Assembly (NCBI GenBank): GCA_037379345.1 | Contig: CM074522.1 | Span: 5,208,001-5,272,000, forward strand | Source of the DNA: Perna viridis | Lineage: Eukaryota | Direction of reading: 5' to 3' | Length of the DNA stretch: 64,000 nt | Shown here: one piece after another, positions 13,300-26,440 of the stretch | Position numbering within the stretch: the stretch's first letter is position 1 | How the letters are laid out: the number at the start of each line of letters is the position of its first letter | Position numbers and translations under genes: made by a program | Notes under the pieces: generated by a model | The model's input: only the letters and a program-made list of their open reading frames with translations | Databases searched by the model: none | What the model was told of the DNA's origin: nothing

Positions 13300-13640
13300 C
13301 TTAGTGACGAGATCAATTAAATTCAATGAATTTTCTCTGTCAAGGGAGGTCAACTAACTTGATTGTTGTCTCGAATCTTTCAGGATAAATTTAGTAACTA
13401 TAAATCATCGAACATGTACATTTGTATGAAAGAGTAATCAAGAAAAAAAAATGCTTTGAAGTATTGAAATTCAATAAAAGATTCGTAAACTCTTCTGCTA
13501 GCGACGAGAATGTCAATATATTGGTCTATTGTTGTCTTTTGATTAGATATTACCCAACCCATACCTTTCCAATCTATTCTTACACAGCTTCCATTTCCAA
13601 ACATATTTTCCAAGTAGGCTTTATTGGTATTGTCCATTTT
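13300..13640 (-). mobile_element. Degraded LINE ORF2 3' part (CR1/L2/RTEX-like)
   Basis: With frameshifts it reads GSCV-KNRLERYGLGNI-NQK...YIDI, resembling the post-RT region of invertebrate LINEs. By eye only. Confidence 0.35.
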
Positions 13641-15004
13641 TTTTTATTGAAAATGATATGAGCTATCTTTCATCAGAATTACACAAATGTAGCCTTATTC
13701 CGAATGTATCAGTTATTTTTATATATAAATAGTTCTGAGCTGCAATCAACCAATCATATCGACGGGACACCTAACATAAAAGACAAATTGATAAATCAAA
13801 ATTGTTTTTTTTTAAAGACAAGGTACCTAGTGACTGAGCAAGTTAGTATATGGTTCAACTATATATTAGAAAAAAAGTCTAGAATTTCTGAATAATGAAC
13901 TTTCAAGCCAACTATGTCCAATATATGTGCGTTGTTATTGATGAATATGCAAATTTAGTATAAGCAACTATACACAGAAGTCCTTCTTAGCCTATAGTAA
14001 AGGTTATTCCTAAAACATTCATAAGAACAGTCATCGAGACAAAACCTGATATTCCAAAGCAAGCAAATACGAAGTAAAAATAAAAATTTGATTAGAAATG
14101 TCAAATTTCTTTAATAGCACATGTTTAACAGATGGAGGATTAAACAAAATTCTCGTCTAACATATTGATATTGCAATTTTAAGGAAAATTAATAAAAAAA
14201 AATAAGTAATTAAAATATCAATTTTGAAATTATTTCCTTCTTTACTCCATTTTTCAACTCTTTCTGTATAGGGAAATCGAATGATTATTCGATATTTTTG
14301 CGGATATTAATTTCTATAGAAAAAATAATGGATATCGTGAAACGCAACGAATTCACCAGCGTATACTATAAATACAAAAATGTAGGATGATAAATAGATA
14401 AGTGTATTTGTCCTAAAATGACGTAATGCATGCATGCTGATTACTGCGTACTTTGCAAATCCACATTTATTACGATGCAAAGTAAAAAAGTAGGTGCTAA
14501 TGGCTATATTACTATAATATACCGTTCAACTTTCTGCACTAAACTCTTAACGCGGCTACATGGCGACGATTTATTGACAAAAAACATCTCTGATGCCATT
14601 ATAAGAGGAAAAGTACAAGTACAAAGAATGCTGATACTAGAATACAGTGAAAGGTCTAGTAAAGATGCTCTTCACAAATTGCAAGTAAAGCCATATATGA
14701 ATCCCTGTGCCGCTTTCAATCTAACTGTCATTACTTGCTGATTTTCTTTTCAGATATGCTTTAAAATTTTGCAATACTTGTTTTAAAAACTTGTATACTA
14801 TTGTAGGAGCTAGTGTGAAAAGTTCATTTTTATTCTGAAAATCTATGGGTTTGTTTTTGTTTCAACTTTAAGGAAAATTGCAAACATTAAATTACCGATG
14901 ATTTGTTTTAGTTATGGAAATGTTTTCCCGGATAAAGACGTTTGTTTTCAACATGGTTGTAATAAAATACGCATATAGAAACAACAAAAACAAGCAACCC
15001 GTGC

Positions 15005-15105
15005 CGATTAAACACTGGGATCATGGATTAAGGTTGCCAGTAGAGTAACGTCTCCTGCTTTTCTAGAAACACCCACCACCGAGTTGCTTTTAAAATGTCA
15101 CATCG
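15005..15105 (-). mobile_element. Old Penelope-like 3' foldback remnant
   Basis: CTGCTTTTCTAGAAACACCC...CCGAGTTGCT. Confidence 0.65.
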
Positions 15106-16738
15106 GATAGATTGTATCTATTTGCGAGCATCAGGCCATAAAAATCAATGTTTGATGCCCAATCGTCTTTCAATGTGTCTTTAAACGATAAAACAATTCT
15201 GCTCTAATGTTCATTGACAGTTAGGTTGATTTCTTTATACCATTACACCGTTTTTAAATAGCAACAAAACATTTGGATATTTGACTTACTGTACATGTTG
15301 AAAATTTCGAGTGGCGAATTTACGAAACCCGCACACGCTAAATGCTCAAATCACATAAAATCACATCCTGTTAAATTTCAATGTGTACAGTAAGCCTCTG
15401 CTTGTAAAACGTTCTGTTAAAATTAAGCGTCCTTTATTTTAGAAAGATAATGTATGAGACTAGTAGTGCAATATTTAAGCTTAAGGGGTGACAATCTAAC
15501 TATCGGTAGTCTACATTAAATGTACGTTTTACATTTTCTGAAGCTTTAAAACAATGAGGCTTCATTCCTTATATCACACTTTGCTAACCTGGATTTGACT
15601 TCCTTTTTTGATTTTTTTGTTTGTTTTGAGTGCTGCTTGTATACTACTTTTTCGAGATTGAGATCTTCCTATGTATTCGATTATAATACTCAATCGTCAT
15701 GATGAGAAGTAACTCCTTGAAACACATGTACAGCATAGTTTGCAATATGCTATATTAATTTGTGTTGTCTTTTTGTATTTACACAATAGCTATATTTTTC
15801 TATTGGATATGATTATTGTAGCAATACAATGATCAATCATATATCTATTAGTTTTCATTTTGCCATTATAAACGAAAATCCTTAGTATAGGGTCAAACAT
15901 CATGTCATGTATAGTAATGTGTAGCGATAAAAAGTGGCTCAGATAAATCGAGCATATTTTAATAACACTTTCAAAATCTCTGTGGAAACGTCTTATCCGA
16001 TTTAATTGTCTTTTGTTACATGATAGAAATTAGCGTTTATGTAACTGACAAGCGTTAAGAATTGGAAAGTATAGAATTGTATCGGCAGTTTTGAGCTTCT
16101 GATAAAATAAAATGTACGATTTCGTTTTACAGGCATACATCACGTCTTTATTTGATTAAATGTTATGGTATTGTATTTAAACGGAATGAAACAGCGAAAT
16201 GATATACTCAGGAACAAAGAAGATGCAACGATTTTTGTTATAATTATTGCTGTTGCGAATTCGAAATGATTGCTTATTATAAGCCAACTAATCAGATAGA
16301 GACAGTTTATAAGTGGCAGAGAGGAGCACCAAAGGTCGGTTTAAGGTAGAAATGAATCAATCAGAGAAAGATTAAGTTTTGTGTTAAATTGTTAGAAGTT
16401 TAGTTTCTGTTTTCAGACACATATGTAAAAAGGCAGGCATGCATACTGAGAAGATTAAACAAATACAACTTTGTAAAAATAATAGACAACCAATGACAAA
16501 CAATTTCCTACATAACTAATAAAAAAAGATATCAAACGTAAATTGAAAACAATGTTCATATATTTGAAACAATAAATTTATACATTAAGGGACACTCGAA
16601 CATTTCGTTTTAAGAAATAAGAATACTATTTACGTATTGTTCTTCTATTTCGATACATCCTTACCACATACAATAAAATTTAATATTCATTCCATGGACC
16701 AACACAAAGGTTACATGTTTCACAACAGTTCCTTGTTC

Positions 16739-17129
16739 TAGAGTAATCAAGGTTATAGCGGTAATCAAAAGAATGTAATCCAGGGACAAAGACCCGACAT
16801 GGAAAACAGACATACACAACAAAGAACATAAAGTAACTAAAATCATACATACAAAGCAACAAAACAAATGAGCAACTCGGACTCCACTAAAAACTGGGAG
16901 CATGGACCAGGTGCACTGGTAGGGTAAGTGTCCTCTGCTTTTCTAGAAATACCCGCCTAGCAGAAAATTGTAATCTAAGGACAAAGATCAGACATGCATG
17001 GAAAACAGACATACACAACAAAGAACATAAAGTAACTAAAATCATACATACAAAGTAACAAAAGTAAATGAGCAACTCGGACTCCACTAAAAACTGGGAG
17101 CATGGACCAGGTGCACCGGTAGGGTAAGC
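16739..17129 (-). mobile_element. Penelope-like partial tandem 3' UTR (pseudo-LTR) insertion
   Basis: Two head-to-tail partial copies of the same 3' UTR (16739-~16960 and ~16961-17129). Confidence 0.88.
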
Positions 17130-18139
17130 TAGTTTATTTGCAGTTCATTTGTAAATACAAAATACACATCATAAACATATTGTCAATTTTCGAATGCTAT
17201 TTTTACTTGTTTCACTGAATAATCTTTTATCAGGAGTATTGAAAACAAATACTTCGGACGTTGAAGATTAAGAAATTGATCATATAAAAAAGTACTCAAA
17301 AAACAACATGTCAAGAGGGAAGCCAAATCTAGCGATTATGAGGTCTACTAAAATATGACAGGATCCTACAACATTTTATTTTAATGTTTGATAAAGGAAT
17401 ATAGTGTTTTAGGCATTTTGAATTTTGTGCTACAGAAAATTTCGGTAAATAATATGCTTGTATAAAACATAGTTCAGATCGGACAAATATGTAAATTGAT
17501 ATAATAAAACATAAATCATTTTAATTTTGTCCATACATTGCTAAAAAGATAAACCCAAAACATGTGTAAACCGACGTTTCTGAGTGGCTAGTAATGCAGA
17601 ACACCTGTTCAAACAGGAGAAACCCAAAAGTCCAAAAGAAATTCGGTTAAATCACTGTCACTGAATGATAATATCAAACGTAAAAAGGAAGACAAACATT
17701 ATTCATGTAGTACTTTTAACTTTTGATTCTGTTTGTGTCATTTAGAAGGATTTACCATTATCTTATTTTAACGAAATTAATTAAACCAATAAAGTTAACA
17801 AATTTCTAACGTATATTTTGGTAAACCCTCATTATGGATTTTTTTAAAAAGTCTTCACAGTAGTTTATTTTTATCAGTTTGACTTTTGTTTCAGTTTGGT
17901 TGATATTTCATTCAATGTATTTTGCTAACATTTCCATTGTACAAGTGTTCTAGATATAGATGACAATTTTGATAACCTTTCCTCAAATAAAATATAGAAA
18001 TTGAAAGCGCGTTGAAATATTAAATTTTCTTTAATTGACCGAACACTCGCTCAAACATAAGCTTTCTTCATATTTGCATACATTCTTTTGTGATATTTTG
18101 CAACAGTTTTTATATATAAATTGACTTTGTAGTACTTTT

Positions 18140-18360
18140 ATATTGTGGACAAATACTAATAGGATTGTACAATCCAAACGTGGTGCAGTTTTTACGGTGA
18201 TCAGTATAGAAATAGACAAGGGAACGAAACGACAAACATGTAAAAAATGTAAAAAAAAATGCATTGAAAATCGATGTAACATCGCTTCGTGCGGACACAT
18301 CTGTAAATACAAACGTAAAAAGGTATTTTACACCTGATAAGTTTGTAATAATTGAACATG
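18140..18360 (+). pseudogene. Decayed MEGF10/SREC-like EGF-repeat exon
   Basis: Across frames: FYGDQ, then QTCKKCKKKCIENRCNIASCGHICKYKRKKVFY, then VCNN. This fits the C-x-x-GFYG-x-x-C repeat pattern. Confidence 0.5.
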
Positions 18361-19177
18361 ATTAGGACCACAGCTGTGTAGATTTCATACTGACTTACAC
18401 ACCATGACATTAGTAATACAATCTTTATATGTACATCAATGGTGTTTAGCATGTTACCGAAATATACATTTTAGGATAGCCTGATTTCCATGACTTCAAT
18501 TATTTTTGTGATTTGAATGCTTTTTGTTATTGACAAGTTTTTGTTAATGAAGGTAAGTGTTTTCTGTAATATAAAAAAATTACAATGTCGTGTACCTCCT
18601 TGTCAGCGAAAGTCGGCGAGAGTTTGTTTATTGAGTTAATGATGCTATTTAAATGACATTATATCTCATTGCGTTAATCTTCCATTCCCACAATTAACAT
18701 ACTATTAAAGTTCTTATCTACTCGGTGGTAATCCTATAGATTATTCAGTGCTTTAAAACCCTTCAAAATCTACTTTAAAAGAACAAGTTTATGTTTATTT
18801 TGTTTTGTTTTTGTGCCTGTGGCATAATTGTTTGTTATTATAGAGTTTGAATATTGTGAGTGTCCATTAATTGTTTGAATGTGTCTTTGAAAGCATTTGT
18901 ATTATCTTATTGCACGTCTATACATACTAATTTTAATTTTACTGCTCCAAATTTTCCACTAGTCATGGTGTCTTGTATTTTTATTAATACGACCATTCAT
19001 CGTAAAGTTTGAAACTGGCGATAACATGACTTTGATATATGTACAATGTAATTAGAACCAATCTGTAAAGTTTGTCTATTTATTAAGATGGGTGTTGATT
19101 ATCCATGTTCCTAGCTATCTTATTTTTCGTAACTGTCTCCCTAAGGACTATGCAAGTTAAAATCAAGTAACTCTTTC

Positions 19178-19497
19178 AGTATCCATCTGCACCATGAAAA
19201 CTGATTTGTTCAACGCGTCATAGGTTTCCTTTCCCCTTTCGTCTACCCCGGACTGAACTGTTTATGAGCAACTCGGCAGGTGTTTCTTGTAAAGCAACGG
19301 ACGCTTACTCTACCGGTGCACCTGGTCCATGCTCCCAGTTTATAGTGGAGTCGGAGTTGCTCATTTACTTTTGTTTCTTTGTATGTATTATGTTAGTTAC
19401 TTTATGCCCTCTGTTTGTCTGCTTTCCATGTCTGATCTTTGTTCCCGGATTACATTCTTTTGATTTCCGCTAGAATCTTGGTTCCCTTGATTGCTCT
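19178..19497 (+). mobile_element. Penelope-like 3' fragment
   Basis: VSICTMKTDLFNAS* plus the 3' foldback and shared end. Confidence 0.88.
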
Positions 19498-21419
19498 GTC
19501 AAAAAAGGCCACATTTATTTTTTAAATTTGTTTTGAGGTAACTTGAGGCAATTTACTGAAGAAATAGACATTGCTTTGAAAAATATGAAAAGAATGGCTT
19601 ACCTCCCTTAAATGAAAATGATGGTGCATTTCATTGATGTTTTTGTTCCGCTTCTAGAGTAAAGAACACTTGTTAATATCAATATTCTGAATTATCATAT
19701 CAACAAGTGAAAATAAAGTACGCAATCTTTTGATCACGAAATCTGCGAGCATAGTTCTCAGAGGTGGAAACCTACTTGAATTCAAAAGTTCAAATCATAT
19801 TAGTATTACAAATCCCGAAATGCTATACATGTGTTTCAAGTAGTAACCTCTTATAAGCAGTATTATAATTAAATTTAAAGGAATATCTAAATCTAATGAT
19901 TAATTGTTTACAAGAAGTACTAAAAGTCAAAAGAACCGAAATGAAATACGAAGCCAAATCCAGCACCAAGTGTTCTTCCATTTGAAAAACAATAAATGAA
20001 ATATGATATAACACATGGCCAGACAAGTCAAATTACTGGGTAGGCCAATACCTTCTGGACCCTTGGGGCCACAAGCATTGTTACTGACCCAGTGACTATT
20101 AAGTACAAAATGGATTCGAAATATGTTTTATCATATTCCATTAGAACATACATGTGAAATCGGTACGCTAATATAGGATATTAAATGTCAATGGTATGTC
20201 ATTGAATATAGTATTGCAATAATTTCCAACGCAGCTACGTTATATTTTTGTAATGAAAATATTGCTTTTATTTTGCTTCAACAACTAAGTGAAGTATTCA
20301 ACCAATTTGAAACTTATTTAACAAGCAGCTCTTAAATACACGTTAAGTTGAATAGCTGTTGAAATGACAATCAATTCAATTGTAGTTTTTGATGTTTAGA
20401 CAAAAATCATAACAGAGTTCTGATTTTCTGTCGAGTGTAAGAGCTATGATAAGTTCTGTTTATCTGTAAAATCACACTTGATTTGTGACACAATCTTTAA
20501 TGAGAAATTGCAGATATTTTTCTGTTTTACAGAAGAAGACTGAGATGAAAAATGATATATTATGTCTTAAGAACAAAGAAAGTTTCTGATAAACATCTGT
20601 TCTATATCTATGAATATTAAAAACAGAACATGAAGTCGCGTGCAGTGTGCATTTGAAAATTGTTCTGTACGTATATTTTATAAAGTATAAATAGAAAAGG
20701 ACGCAAAATCACGACTAAATTTGGAAAACACTTAAATATGAAGTATTCGACGATACTCAAACTGGACAGTTGTGCCATATTTAAACCAACAATATATACC
20801 CAAACCTTATTTTTGTATATAAAAGTGCAAATTCTTAGGGATCTGGTGATTAAAGCAGAAATATGTAAAATGGGACATAAATAAATTATAACCTTTGACG
20901 TCAGCAAAATGCATCAGACCTTTATCTTACAACATGCTACTTAGTCGCCAAATCATTCCAATTTTGTGAGGTGCGTGTGGAAAAGCCTTATTTCATGACG
21001 TTTCTAAGCGTTAAAGAGAAAACCATTAATAAAAATTGATATTTTTCTTTGATACTCAAGATGATTAGGTATTACCAGTACTTGTAACAACGCGATGAAT
21101 GGCATTTGAATTCAAGTAATGATATCCATGAAACTGAAGTAAACAGTGTTATATGGGATGTAATGTCTGAATGAGATAAATCAAGTGGTGTCAATAACCT
21201 TCTGTAATACGTAAACAGTACATTATATGTTAATACAGCAAAATCTGTAATCAATTATTCCGTCAATTATTTCTTGCAAATTCCGTTGCAAACACATATG
21301 TTACATCTTTCTGAAGTATAAAAATTGTATATACTTTAGTGGTATTCGTTATTGTATATATTATTATTGATTTGTTTCGATTTTCTTGACACAGTAAATT
21401 CAAATTCTCTTTACTTCCC

Positions 21420-21900
21420 TTGCTCCATTGCCCATCCCATATTGCCCTTTTTACCATACTCCATTGCCCATCGTATATAACCCTATTTACAATGACTCAT
21501 TCACAATACCCCATTGCCTTTCCCATATTTACCCATTTGCCATGTCTCATTCCCCATACCACATTGCCAATCCCATATTGCCCAGTTTGCTATGTCTCAA
21601 TCCCTATTGCACATATCAAATTGCCCGGTTTGTAATGTCTTATTCCACATAGCCCATCCCATATTGCCCCTTTTGTCATGTCACAGTCCCCAGTACGTAA
21701 TAAACACGAATTGTACATGTAAAAATAATATTATTGCTGTTTGTTTGATTCAATATTTAACAATTATAATTAGAATACAAATTTCTCCTTAATAAGTGCC
21801 TCATTAAAATCGATTACCTATCCCTCTTGCCCCATGCCCATTGTACATGTCCCATTCCTAATTGCAGTATGTCCCATTAAATTTGAGTTTACCCCATGTC
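21420..21900. repeat. Degenerate CCCATATTGC-type minisatellite, possibly internal to a MITE
   Basis: Many CCCAT(A/T)TTGCC variants at 21420-21690 and 21820-21900. Confidence 0.7.
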
Positions 21901-23423
21901 AGACCTGTATCTTTTAAATTGAAAAAAGTATTTTTAATCTTGTTAATCCTGTAAAGTTGATTTTTTATGAGAAAATTATGTGCCAATGCTTCTTTTATTG
22001 AAATATTTATTAGATTGAGTAAAGTGAACAAGAAATACATATTTAAGGTTAATATGCAGTGTTTCTATATATACAATGCAACTTGTAGTTTCAATGGAGT
22101 GTCCATGAAATACCCATGCAGAGGAAGGCACGTGCCAAAGAGTGGATAACTCATGTTTTCCTAAGAAAAAAAAATACTGAAATAGCACGCATGAACTAAA
22201 TAACATAGAAAGCACTAGAAATATTCCCTTTTACTCTATTGATAACTTATTTGATATATAAATATCTGCGAACAAATACAGAAGTGTCAATAATAGGACA
22301 ACTGAAATATGTCAAAATACAGGTACATTGCCTGGCTCCTTTGACTTGCTCCGATACAGTTATGTCAAATGAACTACACCACTACAAGTACAAATAGTAA
22401 GTGTCAAGTTCTGTACGTTCTCAATCCGGTAACACGTGGAATCTAATTCAAGTTTTTTTCACTCACCTGTAAAAGAGAAACTAAAATGCGGTCATTTAAG
22501 TTGTGATGAGGATTGTAAAACGTCTGTAGTGAGGTTGAACGAACCTCTGTTTATGATATCTGTGCGCTACTAAGAAAGTTCGTGTACAGATCACATATTC
22601 CACCGTAACGGATCAATTGTGAAACGTATACTTCATAGGCCGGAGTGTATTGTCCTTTAGAAAGGGGAAAGTCTACAATTTGGAAGTAAAAATTATCACG
22701 TTTGTCCTTATGTATCGATTTCAAACGTTTTGTATTATCTCCTGAGTCACCTTTTTATGCAGCTAAATTCCTGTTTTCCCTGATATTATACTTTCCGCCC
22801 ATATATTATGTCATATTTCTGGTTTCTACGTAGATAGTCTCTTAAAAGAATGATATTACAGTGTTTTAGTTTTTGTTTCTCCAATGCTCAGGGAAATTGT
22901 AATTGGCCTTAGGCTAGGAAATCTTGAAATCTTAAATGGGTCAATGTTTCATTGCATCATTGAGTGTTGTTGGATATATCACTGTGTAATTGCCAATTTG
23001 TCTTAATAATTAAATGTCAATGACTTAACTTGAAGACCTTGAGGAATTATGCTATACCGCTTTTCTAAATATCTTCCTGTTTTCGACGCCTACAATATTG
23101 TATTGCAAGATTATATTGAATTACACAAAACTTAAGAACTAACATGTTTCTTATTGAAATTTAAATTAAGTAGTAATGTTATCATTAATGATAACACTTC
23201 AACTAAGATCTAAAGCTATAAGGCTACAGTCAAGCACTATTTATTGGGACAACTTAGGTATAGTAATACTACATAAAATGAAAGAACATACATCAAATAA
23301 GCACACGAACACATTTTGTATCTGGGACAAATAGGCGTTATTCACAATCCAGCAAAAGGAACGAACATTCTAAACGAACACAAATATTAAACGGAGCATT
23401 GATACCCACGAAAACAAATTGGT

Positions 23424-23727
23424 CCACGCTCCCATTTTTAGAGTCGTCCAAGTTGCTCATTTACTTTTGTTACAAGATTGAAGTCAACACTATAGAAGTT
23501 TTATGGTCGTCATCATGAACCCTTGGATCGTTACGGTGTATCCATCAGCACCTTAAAAACTGATTTGTTCAATGTGTAATAGTTTTTATTTTCTCTCTTT
23601 TATTCTGGCCTCCACTTTTTATGAGCACCTCGGCGGTTGTATTTAGACAAGCAAAGAATACTTACCCAACCTGTGCAACTGATCCATGCTCCCAGTTTTT
23701 AGAATCTTGGGTCCCTCGATAACTCTT
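23424..23727 (+). mobile_element. Old rearranged Penelope-like 3' fragments
   Basis: A partial 3' UTR is followed by RT C-terminus FYGRHHEPLDRYG and a deleted 3' UTR. Confidence 0.75.
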
Positions 23728-24000
23728 TGTTAAGAACAAAAGAAAGTACAACTAAAGAAATTGTTAAGAATTGTTATATATGATGCAGCCATTGTGTTTT
23801 ACATCTGTCACCTGCATATTCCAAATGTTGCTTAGATATCTCTTTTATTGGAATTTTTAACTTCGGCTCGAATCATGGTTCCCTTGATTACTCTTTGACA
23901 AGTGCTGATATGACATATATACATAACATAATGTCTTTGCATTAACAAAAATTACTGAAAAAATATGTTTTAATATAATTTTTTATGGTGCCATAACTCT

Positions 24001-24287
24001 CATGAAAACTGATTTGTTCAACGTTTCATAGTTTTCCTTTGCTCTTTCATCTATCCCTGACTTGACTTTTTATGAGCAACTCGGCGGGTGTTTCTAGAAA
24101 AGCAGAGGTGCGCCTAGTCCATGCTCCCAGTTTTTAGTGGATTCCGAATTGCTCATTTACTTTTGTTACTTTGTACATGTATGTATTATTTTAGTTACTG
24201 TATGTTCTTTGTCGTGTTTGTCTGTTTTCCATATCTGGTCTTTGTCCCTGGATTACATTTGTTTGATTTCTTCTAGAATCTTGGTTC
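24001..24287 (+). mobile_element. Penelope-like 3' fragment
   Basis: MKTDLFNVS* plus the 3' UTR with a small deletion in the foldback. Confidence 0.85.
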
Positions 24288-24704
24288 TCATTTTGTCCTT
24301 TGCATCAAGACTGATAGATCCCTAGCCTGGTTGAGTTATGGTAAAGTTGCTGAATCGCATTTTTAAGTTTCCAGAGTTCTGTTCCACTGAACGTTTATAT
24401 AATTAAACAGTCCAAGAGACAAAGGTCAGATATATTTAATTTTTTTTTCATTGCAAAAATACAAGACTCTAATCTGCTCTATTAAATAAAACGTAAAGGT
24501 AAATACATATAGCCATTGGGGTCTATAGACTGAATTTAAAGGGATAATGTTATATGCATGCTAGTCGATAAACGTAGTAATCTTTAGGAAATTGTATTGT
24601 TTCATACATAAACATTTCAGATTGAACATTCTACTACAATTTATCATATTTTGTTACTGCAAAAAATTGCAGTGAATATCTAAACCTGCTATATTTTTCC
24701 TTAA

Positions 24705-24880
24705 TCACTTGACTTTGAACGATCAGCATGGCGTTTGACTCGCAAGAAGCGGGAAATGCTTACACCCCAAAGCACCTGAGTGTGTCATAATTACTAGTGA
24801 GTTGCATGCTGTTCATTATTGTTTACTTGTTTGCTGTTTAAATTCGTTTGGTACTTTAAATTTTTTCTTCGTCTGTTTCT
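24705..24880 (+). mobile_element. Divergent Penelope-like subfamily 3' UTR
   Basis: Keeps CTTGACTTT, AAGC-loop-GCTTAC and GCACCTG. The closing stem has a different sequence (CAGCATG/CATGCTG). Confidence 0.6.
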
Positions 24881-26189
24881 GTTTTTGGGTTCAAAGCGTC
24901 ATTTTGGTTTGCATACGGAATATGTTGCTTTGGTATTTTGTCTCATTAATGCATACTCCTATACATTGGGTGTCCTATAGAATCTCTTACATTTGTTTTT
25001 CGTGATTGTTTGCCACAGTGTAACACTTTTGATACTTCAGATCAGACTTATTGGCAAACGACTAGACCGCTTAAGAGTTAAACAGATTTTTTTACATTAC
25101 CATTAAATTGAAGAGTTTTTCCTGGAATTCATTTCATCAGTTAAATTCTTTATGTATCGTTGTAAAACAAGGAAGTTGTTTATTTCAAATGAGGAGGTAG
25201 CTCTTGTTTTAAAAATGATGTTTACCTCACGTTTTTAGCCAGCCATTACATTCAATTGGAAAAAAAAGGTTAGACAATTTAAAATACTAGTAAGATTGTT
25301 GTTATGGCATCTTTACACATTAGGAAGAGTTGAAAACCACTTAACAGCAGGCCCAAAAAAGTGTGCAATAATCTGATAGTCATAGTTTTAATTTTTTAAA
25401 ACCAAAAGCCATTGTTAAAACAGTGAATGTGGCAGTACATAGAATGAATTACTGTTTCAATTAAGTTCAGAATGTTTTTGTCAAATCATTCAATTTGTGG
25501 CGTCTTTTATTTTAGTCTTGTTCATAAACATTGACATCTAATACAAATCATACAATACGATTGGTTTAAATGAGGTTTTGTTAATAAAGTAGAAGTTAAA
25601 CTTTACCTTTGATTAGGCTAGCATGCATTTGATATTGCGTTTGTTTCATTTCTTTGTTTAATTTTGTCGTTTTTTGTAATGGAAATTAATAAATTCATTG
25701 TTTGTCAGATGCTTTTGGTTTTTTTTTCTGAACAAGATGCATATCTTGAAGGTTTTATAACTATGGTACAATATTATTGTGCATTTTATATTAAAGGATA
25801 GGGAATATGCTATAGTATTATTACTATATTAATCGGTTGTTTCAATCAGTTTTCATTAGCAACCTCCTAATGTTTCAGCATACAGGACATAACGGCAAAA
25901 GACAAAAAAAAGTGTTTGATAATGATAATGGAGCATAATTTATAATGAGTTTTCGTCGCGAGAGATTTAAATATTAACTTTTCGTTATCTTATATTTGAT
26001 TGATCAAAGTGGGGTTTAGAAGATTGGACTGATGTCTAATTTACCCTAAGTTGTCTTTTGTTTCGTTTGAACTGCTTTTATGTCTATAGATAGTCTTGCC
26101 CATATTCTACGCAATTTCATAATAATTCAATTCCCCTTCGGTCAAACGTTAGAATTATATGATATTTTGCATGATATTTGACATATTTT

Positions 26190-26440
26190 TGACTTTTTAG
26201 CCATTACAACACTGCATCTGCCAACAGTATTTATAAGGAATATAGAATGTTATTGAAATTTTCACTGCACAATTTGGTTAATAACTGAAGATAAAGTATC
26301 TCTTTTTTTAATTTTGACGTATTTGAATATCCCACTGTTGACGCTTCTGCATTTTTTGCAGTTTTTAGTGATATAGCTCAGTGAGTTTTGATAATATTTT
26401 CTTTTACAGACAAAATCCCATTTTACATATACTAAATCAT
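26190..26440 (-). pseudogene. Decayed MEGF/SREC-like EGF-repeat exon
   Basis: TTTAG acceptor, then ICKMGF, CKRKYY...KNCKKCRSVNSG, KLCSEN, NTVGRCS. Frameshifted. Confidence 0.4.

Noticed and set aside
14430-14741. 103-aa ORF
   Set aside because: No recognisable domain or convincing splice context, so most likely random or too decayed to call.
21420-21792. Overlapping Pro/His-rich ORFs or a CRISPR-like array
   Set aside because: Degenerate minisatellite with no constant repeat-spacer structure, in a eukaryotic context.
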